13,986 bases of DNA, from positions 1-13,986 of the forward strand of contig JBHGNT010000909.1 of assembly GCA_043228905.1 (NCBI GenBank). The letters run 5' to 3'. The notes under the pieces were generated by a model. It did no database searches. It had not been told where the DNA came from and was given only the letters and a program-made list of their open reading frames with translations. This document shows, in pieces, positions 9,080-13,986 of the stretch. Numbering within the stretch: the first letter of the stretch is position 1; each line of letters begins with the position of its first letter. Source of the stretch: Azolla caroliniana. Taxonomy: Eukaryota; Plantae; Polypodiophyta. The position numbers were made by a program, and so were the translations under genes.

Positions 9080-11292
9080 GTGAGTTTTTTTTTTCTGCCT
9101 CGTTAACGAAATCAGAAAGCTTTTTTAAATAAATAAATAAATTCCTGTCATTTTTAAATCAAAACCTGAGTCTATTTTCATTATTAACCAAAGAAAAAGC
9201 TTTATTTTATTTTATTTCAAGCATAAGACTTATGGAAAAAATTAGTGAAATTGCTTTGCTTTAATTAAAAAAACAAGAAACACTAAAAAGAATGCTGTTT
9301 GGTTGTTTCAATTTTATGCTGGAGATTGGTTTGAGTTGAAGGAAGAGATATGTTTTAATAATTAGGAGCAGTCCAGTCAAAGTATGAGGTAGAGATAGTC
9401 ACTTAGTTTAACATGTTTGCCTTTTTTCTATGGCGGTAGCGCAATCCGAAAGATTCGGCCCTCCATTACATTCATTCAACTATAATGTTTTGAAAGAGGT
9501 CACACGGAATTTCCAGAGCAGCAACTTTGTGGGTGAGGGTGGGTTCGGGAAGGTGTTCAGGGGATACATCGATGAGAGAACTTATCAGCCCAGTAAACCC
9601 GAACATGGTATAGCTATTGCGGTGAAAATACTGAACTCAGCTGGCACACAAGGCCATAAGGAATGGTTGGTGGGTAGTCTCGATTCTTGAATGAAAATCT
9701 TGGTATCAAAATTTTGTATGTTTTCGGGAGGTGTTTTCTCATCTGAGGGTATCTGTAATATGGAAGTAATATGTTTTTTCCTGTTTCCACCAAAATAGCC
9801 CTATGTTTTTTCCTGTTTTCACCAAGGTGCTCTGTTGGTCATTTAAAAAACTTAGGGATAAATCAGTGTTTATGTCCCCATGAGTTTATATGTAAGTAAG
9901 CGAACACTTTATTTCATCTGCATTCAAGTTCTAGTGAAAACCAAAGCTTATGCCCCCATGGGTTTATATGTAAGTAAGCAAACACTTTATTTCATGTGCA
10001 TTCAAGTTCTAGTTAAAAGCAAAGCTTGCTGAAGGCACCTATTTTTTTCCGATGAATACAATGAAAACCCTTTTCCTATTTGATTGGTTTTGTATCGAGC
10101 ACAGGCGGAAGTCAACTTTCTTGGTCAATTTCGTCATCCCAATCTTGTAAAGCTAATCGGTCACTGTGCTGAAGATGATCGTCGTCTTCTTGTGTATGAG
10201 TTCATGTCACGAGGAAGCTTAGATATGCATCTCTTCGCGAGTGAGTTGTTCAAATCTTTGTTTCACACTGCAAAGGCTCCATGGAGATCATTTAGATTTT
10301 TTGTTTGTCTTGAGTTTGGACATGAAAGACCATGTTTCTTGTTTTTAGGTACTACATTAAGAAGAAATGTCTTAACATGGCCAGTCCGGATGAAAATCGC
10401 TGTTGGTACTGCACAAGGTCTTGCATTTCTCCATGATTCAGCAAGGAAAATCATTTACCGAGATTTGAAGAGCGCAAACATCTTGTTAGATTTGGTAAGT
10501 AATATATGATTTTAACAATCAATAACAAAGTATAAAATGAGGCATCTAATTTTATCTTCAGCATAAAAAACAATCATATTGTCTGTTTAGTCAAATGCAA
10601 CCAAGACATTTCTTCAAAAAGTATGGCTTTACAAATTCGAAATTTCACAACCCATGGGTTAAAAACATTACCATTGCCATTTATGAAAGGCCACTGCTGA
10701 TGAGAAGAAGATAGAAAATAAAAGACTCAATTCTTAACGGATGTTTCTCTTTTCAGCAATTCAATGTAAAGCTTTCAGATTTTGGCTTTGCCAAGAATGG
10801 GCCTACAGGAGATAATACTCATGTTTCGACTAAGGTTGTGGGGACATTGGGATATGCGGCTCCAGAATACGTTGCAACAGGTTAGGTTATTGAGGGTACA
10901 AATGCACTTATGTTACAACATGAGAATAGAGTATATTGTTCTGAATGGAGTTTGTTGTGGGAAGTGTTACAGGACATTTGACACTGAAGAGTGATGTATA
11001 TAGCTTTGGGGTTGTCTTGTTAGAGATTCTTACAGGACGACGAGTGATTGACCAAAAACATGGGCTTGAGACTAACTTGGTAGAATTGTCCAGACCCTGT
11101 TTTGATGATTTTCACAGGCTTATGCGCATCGTAGATCCAGAACTTGCTGGTGAATGGCCACGTGAAGGTGCCAGGATAGTGGCTGCAGTGGCAAAAGAAT
11201 GTCTTTGTCTCAATGCGAAACTTAGACCCACGATGAAGGAGGTACTTGAAAAACTCATGCCTCTCGCTCCAAACATCTATGAGGATGTTTGA
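8995..11292 (+). CDS. Receptor-like cytoplasmic Ser/Thr kinase, RLCK subfamily VII (PBL/BIK1/APK-like, activation loop PBL2-like); 6 exons, 346 aa
   Basis: join(8995..9079,9440..9669,10105..10240,10349..10494,10757..10880,10973..11292) = 1041 nt. All introns are GT-AG with consistent phases (1,0,1,0,1). Motifs: [78 protein letters not shown]. Exact orthologue cannot be assigned without a phylogeny. Confidence 0.95.
9440..9669 (+). CDS. RLCK VII kinase exon 2 (Gly-rich loop, catalytic Lys)
   Basis: Acceptor TAG 9437-9439 after a T-rich tract. Donor TTG|GTGGGT at 9670 after GHKEWL. Confidence 0.92.
9770..9825. repeat. 24-bp direct repeat in intron 2
   Basis: TATGTTTTTTCCTGTTT[C/T]CACCAA at 9770-9793 and 9802-9825, one mismatch. 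Confidence 0.9.
9870..10027. repeat. 78-bp tandem duplication in intron 2
   Basis: Units start at 9870 and 9948; 6 mismatches in 78 nt and no gaps by manual alignment. Confidence 0.95.
10105..10240 (+). CDS. RLCK VII kinase exon 3 (136 nt)
   Basis: Acceptor CAG 10102-10104; [19 protein letters not shown]...MHLFA; donor A|GTGAGT at 10241. Confidence 0.95.
10349..10494 (+). CDS. RLCK VII kinase exon 4 (catalytic loop YRDLKSAN)
   Basis: Acceptor TTTTTAG ending at 10348; donor TTG|GTAAGT at 10495. Confidence 0.95.
10757..10880 (+). CDS. RLCK VII kinase exon 5 (124 nt; DFG to APE activation segment)
   Basis: Acceptor TTTTCAG ending at 10756; [41 protein letters not shown]; donor AG|GTTAGG at 10881. 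The ORF track shows only a wrong frame here. Confidence 0.95.
10973..11292 (+). CDS. RLCK VII kinase exon 6 (C-lobe to stop)
   Basis: Acceptor CAG 10970-10972; [13 protein letters not shown]...[22 protein letters not shown]; TGA at 11290-11292. Confidence 0.95.
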
Positions 11293-11437
11293 AATTTCTG
11301 TTCAGATGCTCGATCCAATCTGTAAATACATTCGATAAGGGTTGTTGAGCTATATGAAAATAAGAGTCGTGAAGGGATCTAGTTGCATGGGGAGAATCAA
11401 GAGATTGTGAATGTTGTAGCCACGTTTTGGATTTTAT

Positions 11438-11460
11438 CACACACATGCATACACACACAT
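11438..11460. repeat. Short interrupted (CA)n tract, probably 3'UTR
   Basis: CACACACATGCATACACACACAT read directly. Confidence 0.6.
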
Positions 11461-13470
11461 CAACACATGATAATGGATAGGTATATACACGGGATCTGAA
11501 TGTTAGCTTTGAGTCGACATGGGATATTTGTGTGCAACCTGGCTCCTACATGGGTTTTATGTAACTTCACTCAACCAAACAATTCAAAAGTTGCATGAGA
11601 TCCAAACATTATGCATGTTTTGTGAGAAACACTTATGGTACCCTGTTATAGTTAGTTTTTTGCCAAGAATTTTATATGTAGGAATTGTGTTTGGAGCAAG
11701 TTGTTGTAGCACCATGTTATGTGTCACTTTCCATTGCATTCATTAGATCCATCATTGCAATTTGTCAACCAAATTGTGTGTTGGCAGAGGAAATTGCATT
11801 TCTTTTTAGTTTGAAACAAAACCTCCCTTTCATCCAGTTCGGCCCTAACCTATTGTTCAATCTCATCCTTTCACTATTGAGCTTATTGGTTTATCAATTT
11901 TGGTTTTCCTATTCTAGCAATATCTATATGTTTTATTTGAGAAGTTAAAATGTAGTAACAATGCAGAAGTTGCAAAAGAGTTCTCTTTAAACAAACTTGT
12001 GGGGCATTGATGTGAGGGTTCGACGACACAGTTGATGGGACTGAATCTTTAACACATAACACAACTCATATGTAGGCTTGGCTTTCTACCCTAGAATAAG
12101 CATCTTAAACAATGTAATGGAAGCTTGCAACAAATAAGAGCATAATCAGTTGATTCAACGGGCAAAGCAACATAATTAGATTGATCTCCCATCTTGGTGT
12201 TCAACAATGCAAAGTTAAATAGGCAATTATGTTTACAAGCGTCGCTCTATTAAAATATGCATTACATGTTCGCCGAAACAATTGAAATGTGAGGCAAAAG
12301 AAATCGTATGCACAATCAGAACTGTAAGTGCATATTGGTTTCAACTATATGAAGCAAACACATGTATGAAGTATATATGAAGTAACCTAGTCCCATCTTT
12401 CATTCCTTTATCATTTTGTTGCAACTCTTGCCATGTCTTTGAATTAGAGCTATGTAATATTGATCATAAACTTTATGGATATGGTCACAACATTCATCCA
12501 ATCTTATTTTAATGGATATAATCTCCTTCCAATGCTTTGGCAAGCCACATAGGAAATAGATATTTATTACATGTAATATACATAATTTGATGCACAATTT
12601 GTTTATCCATTAAGGAAAGCGCAATGCAAGGAAAAAAGTTTAAACTAATCTAGTAAGTCCTATTTAGGGAGATTATGACCCCATACCTACCCTTTAGATG
12701 TTATATAATAATTAAATGCATGTCCATTCTAACTAATCCTACAATTTCAAATGCACTATAACCTTAACTACAAAACTAATGAAAGCCACAACTTCAAAAC
12801 CTAAGAGAACCATGTCATAATTATCATTCTCCAAGTGAGCACAAAACATATTCAATGCTTTGTCTAGTAAGTAGATAGCTACTCTCCTTGATTTTTAAGT
12901 ATCAAGTATTTGTCTGGTTTGCCTAGTAGGTAGCTAGCAAATTAGAGTGGTCCCCATACATTGAAGGTTCCATATCCTTTTTCTTATATCAACATGGAGC
13001 TTATCCTCCACTTCCACCCTTGAATCACAACTTAGTAGAATATGAACCCTTCTATTGGTCCTTTAAACATGACTTGGGCTTATTTCCCTTTCTTTTCGCA
13101 CTTTTAGCATATCCCAAGCATGTATGTTGTGGTCTATGATCTCGTCAAACCTTGTTGGGAGAACTTCACTCCATCGTCTCACAAACTTTGGGATTCTTTT
13201 GTGAGAAACATTCTCAATATATCTTCTTCTCTATAGACAACTTAATCCCCAAGTTTCTTCATTCGAGTCCAAGGTCACAATGTCATATTGGTCATGGAGA
13301 ATCTACAAAGCATATGATGTTCAATTCAACATCAACATTGAATTGCTTGCTATCACGAAGAAGCTTAGGATTGTCCTCATAGGATCATTTGGGTTAAGCA
13401 CTTGTATCAAAGGTTGGATGATGACAAATATATCTAGCACTTCATAGACACACAAGAATCGTTTGTCTCT

Positions 13471-13820
13471 TGAACTTTCAACATCAGGGCGAAAGACATG
13501 AAGGAAAAAGCAAAGTTTTGGCAGAAATGAGGCAGGGATAGACAAGAGCGCCCGCGTGAATAAGAAAGCTCATAGCTTCCTCGTGTGATATTGGATTTCA
13601 GAGTTTAAATAGGTGAAGCAAAGCTAACAAAGTATGCTATGATATGGCGTGATAAAATCTGAATTTTGAAATACAGGGCTGCTGACATGAAGGAAAAAAT
13701 AAAGTTCTGGCACAAATTAGGTAGGGATAGACAAGAGTGACCGCCTAAATCAGAAAGTTCATACCTTCCTCGTATGATATCGGATTTTAGAGTTCAAAAT
13801 GGAAAATCAAAGCTAAGGAA
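13471..13820. repeat. 189-bp-period tandem duplication (about two units)
   Basis: 13495-13626 aligns to 13684-13815 without gaps, 22 mismatches in 132 nt by manual count (~83% identity). Similarity extends upstream to 13471/13660. Confidence 0.92.
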
Positions 13821-13986
13821 TGCGCAATTGTTGCCAGTTAGCTTCCTTTGGTGAAAGGTGCCACATTCACATTTCGTTGATGGTCTATCCCACCATTTCT
13901 CACACAAATTTCATGATTTTGTAGCCAACATCCTATCTTGTGCTTACAACTCCTTGCTCTAATGTTGTGTCAATGTTCATCACTCC

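Noticed and set aside
10263-10994. ORFs 10263..10454 (-) and 10782..10994 (+)
   Set aside because: Antisense and off-frame shadows of kinase exons 4 and 5.
12000-12050. GGGTTCGA B-box-like string suggesting a tRNA or SINE
   Set aside because: No cloverleaf stems or properly spaced A-box could be built.
12940-13470. Possible decayed retroelement coding sequence and ORFs 13152..13382 and 13321..13545
   Set aside because: Only vague Trp-containing fragments (HKLWDSFVRNIL); no diagnostic motif.
1-13986. A novel multi-gene system
   Set aside because: Only one supportable gene is present; the rest is explained by TE relics, simple repeats and unannotated intergenic DNA.

Overview
AT-rich land-plant nuclear genomic DNA. 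It holds one complete, apparently intact protein-coding gene: a six-exon receptor-like cytoplasmic kinase of subfamily VII (PBS1-like/PBL, BIK1/APK-type) on the + strand, CDS join(8995..9079,9440..9669,10105..10240,10349..10494,10757..10880,10973..11292), 346 aa. The kinase has an N-terminal MGNC lipidation motif and intact catalytic motifs. The ~9 kb upstream is intergenic: a decayed LINE ORF2 remnant (1..~1135), a small Ty1/Copia RNase H fragment, a short interstitial telomere repeat, long GA/TC microsatellites and local duplications. Downstream lies a gap-free 189-bp tandem duplication. Most ORFs in the supplied track are spurious or are exon fragments. I see no convincing new multi-gene system. 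The points worth following up are gene-level: a PBL2-like activation loop in an otherwise divergent kinase, a stop-free in-frame intron, a uORF, an in-frame intronic ATG that would remove the lipid anchor, and a promoter rich in non-B DNA motifs.
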